From the NCBI GenBank assembly GCA_024102915.1, contig JAGFJG010000001.1:45554-109553 (forward strand): 64,000 bases of DNA, written 5' to 3'. The translations under genes were made by a program, and so were the position numbers. Positions 51,247 to 60,175 of the stretch are shown piece by piece. The DNA is from Caldilineales bacterium (GTDB taxonomy: Bacteria; Chloroflexota; Anaerolineae; J102). The notes under the pieces are model-generated. The model saw only the letters and a program-made list of their open reading frames with translations. It had not been told where the DNA came from and did not search any database. Numbering within the stretch: position 1 is the first letter of the stretch; each line of letters opens with the position of its first letter.

Positions 51247-51290
51247 GTTGGTTGGATAGTTGGTTACGCCAACAATACCCAATCTCCAAT
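51247..51290. repeat. GGTTGG-type hairpin element, second copy
   Basis: gttggttggatagttggttacgccaacaatacccaatctccaat. It shares the exact 16-mer GGTTGGATAGTTGGTT (51250-51265) with 11812-11827. It lies in the 64-nt spacer between two co-directional genes. Confidence 0.55.
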
Positions 51291-51292
51291 AT

Positions 51293-52342
51293 CTATTCTT
51301 CCGTCTCCACCACGCCAATCCCCGGTCGCTCCGGCATGTGGATGAACCCATGCTCGTCATAGCGCACGCCGGTGAAGGGATGGTTCGCCACCAGCAGGGG
51401 CGCGTCCAGGTCCAGCCAGTCGGCCATCCCGGCCAGATGAGCGACAGCGGTGACGCCGATGGCGGTTTCGATCATGCAGCCCAGCATAATCTGCATACCC
51501 AATTCGCGGGCGCGTTGCAAAACGCGCAGCCCTGGCCCCAGGCCGCCCACTTTCATCAGCTTGAGATTGATGCCGCGCACGCCAGCCTCAGCCAGCCGTT
51601 CCACATCGGCCAAACTCTGCAATGATTCATCGGCGACGATGGGCAGATCGATATGGCGCTGCACATAGCCCATGCCTTCGATGTCAGCCTTGGCTGTAGG
51701 CTGTTCGATCAATTCCAGACCGAACTCGGTCATCACCCGCACATTGCTCACGGCCTGTTCCGGCACCCATGCCGCATTGGCATCCACGTAGAGCCGGGCG
51801 TCCGGACGGGCGGCGCGTACCGCCGCCACACAGGCCACGTCATCGTCGCCGCCAAGCTTGAGTTTGAGGATGGGATAAGCGCGGGCGGCCAGCGCTTGCA
51901 CCGCCATTTGCTCCGGCTCATCGATGCCGATGGTGAATGAGGTGGCCATGATTGGCGGCTGCGGCAAGCCGAGCAATTCGTACAGCGGCAGGCCTTGCAG
52001 TTTGGCGATGCGGTCGTGGAGGGCCAGGTCGATGGCAGCGCAGGCGGGAGCGGGGCCATCCTCGCCCACCCAGGCCGGGATATCCTCCACCCGGTCGGGC
52101 AAGGGCAAAGGGCGAGCGGCCATTCGCTGCCAATAAGCGATCATATCGGTCTCGGCCACGCCGTAATAGGGCGGGATCGTGCCTTCGCCCCAGCCGGCAT
52201 CGTCGGCCAGCCGCAGCCAGTGCGCCTTCCGCGTCTCGGTGGCGCCATACGACACACGAAATGGCGTGACGAAACGCAGGGTCAGGTCTTGCCAGGAGAA
52301 CGGCGGTTGGGATTCGGGCATGATTGGGTTCCTGGCAAGCAT
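51293..52342 (-). CDS. Dipeptide epimerase (L-Ala-D/L-Glu epimerase-like, enolase superfamily)
   Basis: LKLKLGGDDDVACVAAVRAA, YVDANAAWV, LELIEQP, IVADESL, INLKLMKVGGL and GCMIET are the expected metal and acid/base motifs of the MLE subgroup. Confidence 0.88.
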   Translation of the reverse strand: MLARNPIMPESQPPFSWQDLTLRFVTPFRVSYGATETRKAHWLRLADDAGWGEGTIPPYYGVAETDMIAYWQRMAARPLPLPDRVEDIPAWVGEDGPAPACAAIDLALHDRIAKLQGLPLYELLGLPQPPIMATSFTIGIDEPEQMAVQALAARAYPILKLKLGGDDDVACVAAVRAARPDARLYVDANAAWVPEQAVSNVRVMTEFGLELIEQPTAKADIEGMGYVQRHIDLPIVADESLQSLADVERLAEAGVRGINLKLMKVGGLGPGLRVLQRARELGMQIMLGCMIETAIGVTAVAHLAGMADWLDLDAPLLVANHPFTGVRYDEHGFIHMPERPGIGVVETEE

Positions 52343-52441
52343 TGTAACTTAATCTTTCATCCCATGAGCAATTTATCCGATTGCGAACGCTCCATCCTAG
52401 ACTTCCCCCATCCCCTCCCATCCGCTACAATCCATCCCTGA

Positions 52442-52481
52442 CCTCCGCCCTCTGTCCTCCGACCGCCGACCTCCATCCTCC
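52442..52481 (+). repeat. Array of CCTCC (anti-Shine-Dalgarno-like) pentamers immediately upstream of the helicase ATG
   Basis: CCTCC occurs at 52442, 52456, 52470 and 52477, with another inside tcccctccca at about 52412. The opposite strand reads as a GGAGG / GG-tract array. Confidence 0.7.
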
Positions 52482-52487
52482 GCCCCC

Positions 52488-55073
52488 ATGCCCATCTCCG
52501 ACCTGCTGCAAGCTCTGCAACTCGACCCCGCCTTCACCAGACAGGTGACCTCGTGGCAGCGGCTGCCTGCGCAACCGGCGCGCTATGCGCCCTACCCCGC
52601 CGGGCTGGACGGACGACTGCCAATAGCCTTGCGCGAGCGCGGCATCCATCTGCCCTACACGCACCAAAGCCAGGCGATTGCGGCGGCGCTGGCGGGCGAG
52701 AACGTTGTCGTGGTCACGCCCACCGCCTCGGGCAAGACCCTGTGCTACAACCTGCCCGCCCTGCACACCCTGCTCGACGACCCCGACGCCCGCGCCCTCT
52801 ATCTCTTCCCCACCAAAGCCCTGGCCCAGGACCAACTGGTCGAGATCAGGGAGATGGTCGAGCTATTGCAGGCCGACATCACCGTGGCGACCTACGACGG
52901 CGACACGCCGCAGGGGCATCGCAAGGCCATCCGCCAGGGCGCAAGGCTGCTGCTGAGCAACCCCGACATGCTGCACACGGGCGTGTTGCCGCATCACACC
53001 AATTGGGCAGAATTCTTTGCGGGCCTGCGCCTGGTCGTGATCGACGAGATGCACACCTATCGCGGCGTGTTCGGCGCTCACGTGGCCAATGTCCTGCGCC
53101 GTCTGCGCCGCATCTGCCGCTTCTACGGCTCCGACCCGGCCTTCATCCTCACCTCGGCCACCATCGCCAACCCCGCCGAACACGCCCGCCGCCTGATCGA
53201 AGCCGACGTAACGCTGGTCGAGGAGAATGGCGCACCCACCGGCGAGAAGCACCTTATCTTCTACAACCCGCCCCTGATCGACCCCGATCTGGGCCTGCGC
53301 CGCAGCAGCCTGCTGGAAGCGCAAAAGCTGGGTGAACGGCTGCTTTTTCATCAGGTGCAGGCGATCCTGTTTGCCCGCTCGCGGCTGCGCGTGGAATTGC
53401 TGCTCGTCTATCTGCGCGATGCGGTGGCCGCCAGCGGCGGCAATCCAGCGACGATCCGGGGCTATCGCGGCGGTTATCTGCCCGCCGAGCGCCGCGAGAT
53501 CGAGGCGGGATTGCGTTCGGGCGAGGTACGGGCGGTGGCAGCCACCAACGCCCTGGAATTGGGCATCGACATCGGCCAATTGCAGGCGGCGGTCATCACC
53601 GGCTTCCCCGGAACCATCGCCAGCACCTGGCAACAGGCAGGCCGGGCGGGCCGCCGCCAGGAGGCGTCGCTGGCCGTGTTCATCGCTGGGGCCGGGGCGC
53701 TGGATCAATACATCGTGCAGAACCCCGGCTATTTCTTTGGCCGCAGCCCCGAACATGCCCTGGCCAACCCCGACAACCTCGTCATCCTCACCAACCACCT
53801 GCGCTGCGCCGCTTTTGAGTTGCCCTTCCAGGCGGGCGAGCAATTCGGCGGGGTGCAGTTCACGGCGGAATTATTGGACATGCTGGCGGAGGAAGGCGAA
53901 ATCCAGCAGGCGGGCGAGCGCTATTTTTGGACGGACAGCGCTTATCCCGCCGCCGAGATCAGCCTGCGCACCGCCTCGCCCGACCCCATCGTGATCATGT
54001 CCCGGCGGAAAGACGAACTGGTTCTCACCATCGGTGAAATGGAGCGGGAGACCGCCCCCATCCTCTTGCATGCCGGGGCGATCTATCTGCACGAGGGTCA
54101 GACTTATCTGGTGGAGGAACTGGATTGGGAACAGGGGCATGCCTACGTGCAACCGGCGGAGGTCGATTATTACACCGAAGCCAGTTCCGTGGCCGAGATG
54201 GAGGTGCTGGCCGTGCACCAGCAGGACCAGGAGGGCGAGTTGATCAGGGGCTATGGCGACCTGGAAGTGCGATCGCAGGCCACGGGTTATCGCCGGGTGA
54301 AACGCTGGACGCACGAAACGCTGGGCTACGGCGAGATCGACCTGCCCGAAAGCGTGCTCGAAACCTCCGGCTATTGGGTGAGCTTCACCGAGCCGCTGGT
54401 GGAACGGTTGCGCGCCCGCGGGCTGTGGCAGAGCGACCCCAACGACTACGGCCCGAACTGGCAGCAGCAGCGGGAGAGAACCCGCGCCCGTGACGGATTC
54501 CGTTGCAGCCAGTGCGGTACGCCCGAACGCCCAAATCGCCAGCACGACGTGCATCATGTGCGGCCCTTCCGCAGCTTCGGCTACAGGCCGGGCGAGAATG
54601 AAGCCTATCTCGACGCCAACCGCCTGGAGAACCTGCGCACACTGTGCCGAACCTGCCACCAACGGCTGGAACAGGGCGTGCGGCTGCGTTCCGGGCTGGC
54701 GGGGCTGGCCTATTTGCTGGGCAATCTGGCTCCCCTGCACCTGATGTGCGACCCCAGCGACCTCGGTTCCTTCGCCGAGCCGCAGGGCATCCACAACGAC
54801 CTGCCCACCATCATCCTCTACGACCGCATTCCCGCCGGCATTGGCCTGGCCGAGCGGCTGTATGAATTGCAGGCGGAATTATTGGTCGCGTCGCAGAGCG
54901 TTTTGGAAAATTGCTCCTGCACGCATGGCTGCCCCGCTTGCGCTGGCCCCGTACCGGAAGGCACGCAGATTTTGGATTGGAATCCCAAGGAACTGACGCT
55001 GGCGTTGGTACGGGAAGCCTTGACCACTGCCACACAGTCGGCGGCAGAATTGGACGCGGATGCCGCGGATTGA
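52488..55073 (+). CDS. MrfA/YprA-like SF2 helicase with C-terminal DUF1998 Zn module and an inserted HNH nuclease domain
   Basis: Motif I TPTASGKT, motif II VIDEMH, motif III SAT, motif VI QQAGRAGRR. The DUF1998 part is YLHEGQTYLVEELDW...LMCDPSDLG...CSCTHGCPAC. The HNH block is CSQCG...DVHHVRPF...NLRTLCRTCH. Confidence 0.9.
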   Translation: MPISDLLQALQLDPAFTRQVTSWQRLPAQPARYAPYPAGLDGRLPIALRERGIHLPYTHQSQAIAAALAGENVVVVTPTASGKTLCYNLPALHTLLDDPDARALYLFPTKALAQDQLVEIREMVELLQADITVATYDGDTPQGHRKAIRQGARLLLSNPDMLHTGVLPHHTNWAEFFAGLRLVVIDEMHTYRGVFGAHVANVLRRLRRICRFYGSDPAFILTSATIANPAEHARRLIEADVTLVEENGAPTGEKHLIFYNPPLIDPDLGLRRSSLLEAQKLGERLLFHQVQAILFARSRLRVELLLVYLRDAVAASGGNPATIRGYRGGYLPAERREIEAGLRSGEVRAVAATNALELGIDIGQLQAAVITGFPGTIASTWQQAGRAGRRQEASLAVFIAGAGALDQYIVQNPGYFFGRSPEHALANPDNLVILTNHLRCAAFELPFQAGEQFGGVQFTAELLDMLAEEGEIQQAGERYFWTDSAYPAAEISLRTASPDPIVIMSRRKDELVLTIGEMERETAPILLHAGAIYLHEGQTYLVEELDWEQGHAYVQPAEVDYYTEASSVAEMEVLAVHQQDQEGELIRGYGDLEVRSQATGYRRVKRWTHETLGYGEIDLPESVLETSGYWVSFTEPLVERLRARGLWQSDPNDYGPNWQQQRERTRARDGFRCSQCGTPERPNRQHDVHHVRPFRSFGYRPGENEAYLDANRLENLRTLCRTCHQRLEQGVRLRSGLAGLAYLLGNLAPLHLMCDPSDLGSFAEPQGIHNDLPTIILYDRIPAGIGLAERLYELQAELLVASQSVLENCSCTHGCPACAGPVPEGTQILDWNPKELTLALVREALTTATQSAAELDADAAD

Positions 55074-55083
55074 ACCGATTCTC

Positions 55084-55144
55084 GCGGATCAAATCAGATA
55101 AAATCAGCGTGCATCTGCGTCATCAACGTTCCCTTGATCCCCGC
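55084..55144. repeat. Intergenic imperfect palindrome between convergent genes
   Basis: GCGGATCAA ... TTGATCC(CC)CGC flanks an AT-rich core aatcagataaaatcagcgtgcatctgcg. Confidence 0.55.
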
Positions 55145-55158
55145 ATTAAGCTCATCGC

Positions 55159-56001
55159 TTAAGGAAACGCCAGTAATCCAAACGCCTCCGGTTTGCGAAT
55201 CACGCGGCGAAAACCTGCTTCTTCCAGGCGGCGAGCCACGCTCTTAGTGGTGTTGCGGCCGGATTTGCTGGCGGGGTCGCCGACGTAGTGAAAGAGCCTG
55301 CCGCCGGGCTTGAGCACGCGCTTCAATTCCCCATAGAAATCGGCCGAGAACAACTCTCCGGCCAGGGCAAAGCGGGGCGGGTCGTGCAGGATGCGGTCAA
55401 ATGCGGCATCGGAAAAGTCGGCGATGAGGTCGAAGCTGTCGCCGATGAGTTGCTCGATGTTCGGGCTATCGAACAAGGGCCGGGACCAGGGATTGAGGCG
55501 GGCGAGATCGAGGACGGCGGGGTCGAGTTCGATGGTCGTCACCTGCCCGGCCTGGCCGGCGGCGAAGATGGCCGTGTAGCCTAAACCCGTAGCCGTGTCC
55601 AATACTCGACCTTTGATCGGAGCGATAGCTTTGATCTTGCGCCGGGTGTCTTCCCAGGGATCGATATCCTTGATGCGATGCATGGTGATGCCCGAAACCA
55701 GCATCGTGGGCGCGGCGGCAGTGGGATAGAGGCTGTAAAGGCGATTGTAAGTCTCGGAGAAAATCTGGGCTTTCTCCAGGCCATCTGTTTTGACCAGGAA
55801 ACAGGCTTGCGGGTTGGCGTCAATGTGGGCGATGTCATCCCACGAAATGAATTGCCCATCCGCACACGTCGCGCCGTCGACCCCAATGCGCGCTTCGATC
55901 TCGCTCAGCCCCAGGTCGGGTGAAAATGAAGTCGAGGTCTGACCCTGTTCCCGGGCTTTGAGCAAACCCTGAGTTTGTTGGTGCGAGAGAATCATAGTCA
56001 T
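55159..56001 (-). CDS. Class I SAM-dependent methyltransferase (DPPR/F motif)
   Basis: The SAM loop is [13 protein letters not shown], followed by IELDPAVL and [18 protein letters not shown]. The substrate is unknown. Confidence 0.75.
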   Translation of the reverse strand: MTMILSHQQTQGLLKAREQGQTSTSFSPDLGLSEIEARIGVDGATCADGQFISWDDIAHIDANPQACFLVKTDGLEKAQIFSETYNRLYSLYPTAAAPTMLVSGITMHRIKDIDPWEDTRRKIKAIAPIKGRVLDTATGLGYTAIFAAGQAGQVTTIELDPAVLDLARLNPWSRPLFDSPNIEQLIGDSFDLIADFSDAAFDRILHDPPRFALAGELFSADFYGELKRVLKPGGRLFHYVGDPASKSGRNTTKSVARRLEEAGFRRVIRKPEAFGLLAFP

Positions 56002-56118
56002 GTTGCGATGTTTTTGCGGGCGACGAGCGGAAGTCAGAAATCCATTGTATACTCTTTGCCGTCAACTGTGGAACCCAAATCTGATCGAATTCCGATCTTT
56101 CATGAAGGAGTGAACTCA

Positions 56119-57132
56119 ATGGAGTATCGTCCCCTTGGCCGCACCGGCATGCAGGTCAGCGTGCTCTGCCTGGGCTGCATGATGTTCGGGGGCCGCACGG
56201 AGCCGGACGAATCGATGGCCATCATCGACCGGGCTATCGACGCCGGCATCAACTTTGTGGACACGGCGAATGTCTACAGCCGGGGCCGCAGCGAAGAGGT
56301 GACAGGCGAGGCGTTGAAGCGCAGCGGCAAGCGCGACCGGATCGTGCTCGCCACCAAGGTGCACGGGCGCATGGCCGACGACGATCCCAATGCCCAGGGC
56401 AACAGCCGCCGCCATATCATCGCCCAATGCGAAGCCAGCCTGCGCCGCCTGCAAACCGACTACATCGACCTCTATCAAATCCACCGGCCCCAATCCTCCA
56501 TTCCCATCGACGAAACCCTGCGGGCGCTGGATGACCTGATCCGGGCGGGCAAAGTGCGCTACATCGGCGCCAGCACCTTTACCGGCTGGCAATTGGTGGA
56601 ATCACTTTGGGTGGCCAAGGAACTGGGACTGAATCGCTTCGTTTGCGAACAACCGCCCTATCACATCCTCGACCGTCGCATCGAGCGCGAGTTGTTGCCC
56701 ATGTTGCAAACCTACGGCTTTGGCGTCATCCCCTGGAGCCCCCTGGCGGCGGGGCTGCTCACCGGCAAGTACCAGCGCAATCAGCCCAAGCCGGAGGGCA
56801 GCCGCTTCGGGGCGATGTGGGAATCGTGGCCGCATATCCGCAGCCGCTACGTCGACACATTCTTCGATGTCGTCGAAGGCCTGGCCCCGCTGGCCGAGGC
56901 CAAGGACATCACCCTGGCGCAGTTTTCGCTGGCCTGGTGCATCCGCCAGCCCGGCGTCACCAGCCCCATCATCGGGCCGCGCACGATGACGCAGTTGGAA
57001 GACAATCTCGGCGCGGTCGAGGTCGAGATCAGCGATGAAGACCGGGCTGCCGTCGACGCTCTCGTCCCGCCTGGGCTGATGGTATCGCCTTTCTATGAAG
57101 CGGATTTCGGTCCGCATCCGCATCGCGTTTGA
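56119..57132 (+). CDS. Aldo/keto reductase
   Basis: GAAGGAG precedes ATG 56119. The sequence is MEYRPLGRTGMQVSVLCLGCMMFGG, GINFVDTANVYSRGRSEE and DLYQIHRP. The track ORF is extended upstream to 55975. Confidence 0.9.
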   Translation: MEYRPLGRTGMQVSVLCLGCMMFGGRTEPDESMAIIDRAIDAGINFVDTANVYSRGRSEEVTGEALKRSGKRDRIVLATKVHGRMADDDPNAQGNSRRHIIAQCEASLRRLQTDYIDLYQIHRPQSSIPIDETLRALDDLIRAGKVRYIGASTFTGWQLVESLWVAKELGLNRFVCEQPPYHILDRRIERELLPMLQTYGFGVIPWSPLAAGLLTGKYQRNQPKPEGSRFGAMWESWPHIRSRYVDTFFDVVEGLAPLAEAKDITLAQFSLAWCIRQPGVTSPIIGPRTMTQLEDNLGAVEVEISDEDRAAVDALVPPGLMVSPFYEADFGPHPHRV

Positions 57133-57147
57133 TCGGAGCAGCACAGC

Positions 57148-58104
57148 GTGATCACTTTACCCCGAACCCAACTGCACGTTTCAAGCCTGTCCCTGGGTGC
57201 GATGCCTTTTGGCAGTGACATCGGCGAGGCGAACTCCTTCGCCATGATGGATCGCTATCTGGAACTCGGCGGCAATTTCATCGACACAGCGGCGGTCTAC
57301 GCCAACTGGCTGCCGATCGAGGTCAGCATCAGCGAGAAGACGGTGGGCCGGTGGATGAAAGCGCGCGGGAATCGTGCAGAGATTGTGCTCGGCACGAAGG
57401 GCGCTCATCCCGACCTGAAGACGCCGCACATCCCCCGCATGTCACCGGCGGAAGTCGAATCCGATCTACACGATAGCCTGCGCTACCTGCAGACCGATGT
57501 CATCGACCTGTACTGGCTGCATCGTGACGACCCCTCCCGGCCTGCGGGCGAGATCGTTGAGATGATGAACGCCTTTGTGCGGGCCGGGAAAATCCGCTAT
57601 TTCGGCTGCTCGAACTGGCCGCTGACCCGCATCCGGGCGGCGCAGGAATATGCCCGGGCGCACGGGTTGCAGGGCTTCGCCGCAGACCAGCCGATGTGGA
57701 GTCTGGCGGCGGTCGATATCAAGCGCATCGGCGACGACACGCTGGCGGGCATGACCGACGAGACGCGCGCCTATGAGGCGGCCAATGGTGTGACTGCCAT
57801 CCCTTATTCGCCCACTGCGCATGGGCTATTCCACAAAATGGATCGGGGCATGCGTGCCATCGATGTGATGGGCGATGGCCGTTATGATCTGCCCGAAAAC
57901 GCCCGGCGCTTGCAACGCATCCGCCAGCTTCGTGACGAGACCGCTCTATCGATTACGCAGATCGTCTTGGGCTATCTCGTGGCCCAACCCTGCGTGACCA
58001 TCCCCATCATCGGGCCTCGCTCGATCGCCCAACTGGACGACAGCATGTCGGCGGCGGATGTGCGCCTGACGCCTGCGCAAGTCGCTTTTCTCGAACAGGG
58101 GTAA
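57148..58104 (+). CDS. Aldo/keto reductase (second, divergent paralogue)
   Basis: GTG start. LSLGAMPFG, GGNFIDTAAVYA, DLYWLHRDD and IRYFGCSNW. Confidence 0.85.
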   Translation: MITLPRTQLHVSSLSLGAMPFGSDIGEANSFAMMDRYLELGGNFIDTAAVYANWLPIEVSISEKTVGRWMKARGNRAEIVLGTKGAHPDLKTPHIPRMSPAEVESDLHDSLRYLQTDVIDLYWLHRDDPSRPAGEIVEMMNAFVRAGKIRYFGCSNWPLTRIRAAQEYARAHGLQGFAADQPMWSLAAVDIKRIGDDTLAGMTDETRAYEAANGVTAIPYSPTAHGLFHKMDRGMRAIDVMGDGRYDLPENARRLQRIRQLRDETALSITQIVLGYLVAQPCVTIPIIGPRSIAQLDDSMSAADVRLTPAQVAFLEQG

Positions 58105-58111
58105 AAGTTAT

Positions 58112-58166
58112 CCGCAGATTGCGCAGACGATCAAGAGGAAATCCAAATCATCTGCGCAATCTGCGG
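58112..58166. repeat. Perfect 16-bp inverted repeat between convergent genes
   Basis: CCGCAGATTGCGCAGA (58112-58127), a 23-nt loop, then TCTGCGCAATCTGCGG (58151-58166). No clear U-tract on either strand. Confidence 0.8.
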
Positions 58167-58179
58167 TTCTCTGGAACGG

Positions 58180-60171
58180 TCAGGCTGCGGTCACTTTGGC
58201 GGTCGCGGGTTTCTGCGCGCCATTGCCAGAGAATGCAGGCTCCGGCTCCTCTTCCCGGCGGAACTGGCTCATGTACAGGTCGTAGTAGAATCCTTTGGCA
58301 GCCAGCAGCTCGTCGTGCTTGCCGCGCTCCACGATCTGGCCCTTGTCCAACACCAGCACCTGGTCGGCGTTGCGGATGGTGGAGAGGCGGTGGGCGATGA
58401 CAAAGCTGGTGCGCCCGGCCAGAAGCTCGTTCAGCGCCGCCTGAATCTGGCGCTCGGTGCGGGTGTCCACACTGCTCGTCGCTTCGTCAAGGATGAGGAT
58501 GCCGGGGTTGGAGAGGGCGGCGCGGGCGATAGCCAACAATTGGCGCTGGCCCAGGCTGAGGCCGGAGCCTCGTTCGCCCAGCACGGTCTGGTAGCCGTCG
58601 GGCAGGCGGTCGATGAAGCTGTCGGCGTGCGCCAATTTCGCCGCGGCGATCACTTCGTCGTCGCTGGCTTCGGGGCGGCCAAAGCGGATGTTTTCCATGA
58701 CCGTGTCGCTGAACAGGAATGTATCCTGCAGGACGATGCCGATCTGGCTGCGCAGGCTGGCCAGCGTCACGTCACGCACATCGATGCCGTCGATTCTGAC
58801 GCTGCCCGATGTGACGTCATAGAAGCGGGGGATGAGGTTGATGATCGTGGTCTTGCCGGCGCCGGTGGGGCCGACGATAGCCACGGTCTGGCCGGGTTCG
58901 GCGGTGAGGCTGATGCCCACGCAGACCGGCTCGCCCGGATTGTATTCGGCAAACACGTTTTGGAACTCGACCCGGCCTTTGATCTCAGGCATGACCTGCG
59001 CATCGGCCATTTCGGTGATCTCCGGCTCGACGTCAAGCAGATCGAACAGGCGCTCGGCGCCGGCGATGGCGCTCTGGATGTTCGTCCACAGCACGGAAAT
59101 CTGGCGAATGGGCTGGTTGAGGCGCTGGGTGTAGCCGAGGAAGGTGACGATCAGGCCGAGCGAGACGGCCGTGCCGCCGATGTTGCCGCCTCGCAGCATC
59201 AACAAACCGCCCACGCCTACCACGATGGCGATTGCCACATAGCTCAGCGCATCGAGCGTCGGCCCCAAAGCCGAGGTATAGCTCACGGCCCGGATGTTGG
59301 CGTCACGATTGGCGGCGTTGCTCTCCCGGAAACTCTGGATGTTAGCGCCCTCGCGATTGAAGGCCTGAACCTCGCGCACCGCCGAGATGCTTTCTTGCAA
59401 TTCGGCGTTGACATTGCCCATTTCCAGGCGGGTGAGGCGAAATGCTCGCCGCGCCCGGTTGCTGAACCAGAGCGTGACGATGATCATGAGCGGGATCACG
59501 GTGAGAGTGAGGAGGGCGTAGACGAAGTTGAGCTTGAACATGTTGAACATGATCCAGACCAACAGGATAACACCGCTGAGCACCTGGATCAGGGCGAAAC
59601 TGATGGCCTGTTGCAGGGTGTCGGCATCGTTTGTGATGCGGCTCATCAGATCGCCGGCCTCGTTGCGAGTGTAATAGCCGAGCGAGAGACGATGAAGCTG
59701 GTCGAACACCTGGGTGCGCAACGCGCGTAACACGTGCTGGCCCGCCCAGTTCATGCTGTAGAACATGAGGCCAGCCGTAATCGAGCCGAGTATGAATAGC
59801 CCGAGCAGCCACAGTGCGACCCGGCCCAACGCCTGAATGTAGTCGACTGCGCTCGACCCGGCGGGCAGCGCAGGCAGCGTGCAATTGGCCTGGCTGGCGG
59901 TTTCGCCGCCGACCTGCTGCATGAAATCGATTGCCTGTCCCGATGCTCCGGTCGTGCTCTCGAAGATGGCGGGCGTAATGTAGCAGTCAACAGTCTGGCC
60001 GATGATCTCCGGCGTGATCACCTGGACGTAAGTGTTCACACCGAGCAGGGCCGCCACAAAAAGCAAGACCAGCCAGTATTTCTTGAAATAGCCGCCCAGC
60101 CGCTTGAGGGTGGGGCCGGAAGCCCGTGGTTTGAGAGCTTCCTGTTCGAGTAATCCACGATGTCCCATCAT
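58180..60171 (-). CDS. ABC exporter half-transporter (TMD-NBD), canonical catalytic residues but deviant signature
   Basis: Six TMs. Walker A GPTGAGKTT, signature LSLGQRQL (not LSGGQ), Walker B ILILDEATSSVD, H-loop VIAHRLST. Confidence 0.9.
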   Translation of the reverse strand: MMGHRGLLEQEALKPRASGPTLKRLGGYFKKYWLVLLFVAALLGVNTYVQVITPEIIGQTVDCYITPAIFESTTGASGQAIDFMQQVGGETASQANCTLPALPAGSSAVDYIQALGRVALWLLGLFILGSITAGLMFYSMNWAGQHVLRALRTQVFDQLHRLSLGYYTRNEAGDLMSRITNDADTLQQAISFALIQVLSGVILLVWIMFNMFKLNFVYALLTLTVIPLMIIVTLWFSNRARRAFRLTRLEMGNVNAELQESISAVREVQAFNREGANIQSFRESNAANRDANIRAVSYTSALGPTLDALSYVAIAIVVGVGGLLMLRGGNIGGTAVSLGLIVTFLGYTQRLNQPIRQISVLWTNIQSAIAGAERLFDLLDVEPEITEMADAQVMPEIKGRVEFQNVFAEYNPGEPVCVGISLTAEPGQTVAIVGPTGAGKTTIINLIPRFYDVTSGSVRIDGIDVRDVTLASLRSQIGIVLQDTFLFSDTVMENIRFGRPEASDDEVIAAAKLAHADSFIDRLPDGYQTVLGERGSGLSLGQRQLLAIARAALSNPGILILDEATSSVDTRTERQIQAALNELLAGRTSFVIAHRLSTIRNADQVLVLDKGQIVERGKHDELLAAKGFYYDLYMSQFRREEEPEPAFSGNGAQKPATAKVTAA

Positions 60172-60175
60172 AGTT

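Noticed and set aside
52863-54794. Two long minus-strand ORFs (52863-53843 and 53871-54794)
   Set aside because: Both are antisense to the helicase, whose plus frame carries all SF2 motifs in order. The antisense products are Gly/Ala/Gln/Arg-rich without motifs.
52488-56001. Helicase-DUF1998 plus adjacent methyltransferase as a DISARM-like defence locus
   Set aside because: The helicase and DUF1998 are fused as in MrfA/YprA repair helicases rather than split as in DrmA/DrmB. The small methyltransferase is convergent, not co-transcribed. No PLD, SNF2 or other defence genes are nearby.
58315-59730. 471-aa ORF on the plus strand
   Set aside because: It is antisense to the ABC exporter, which has complete Walker A/B, signature and H-loop motifs. 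The shadow frame is Asp/Gly/Ala/His-rich with no motifs. The same reasoning removes 60104-60685 and the alternative same-strand frame 60999-62171.
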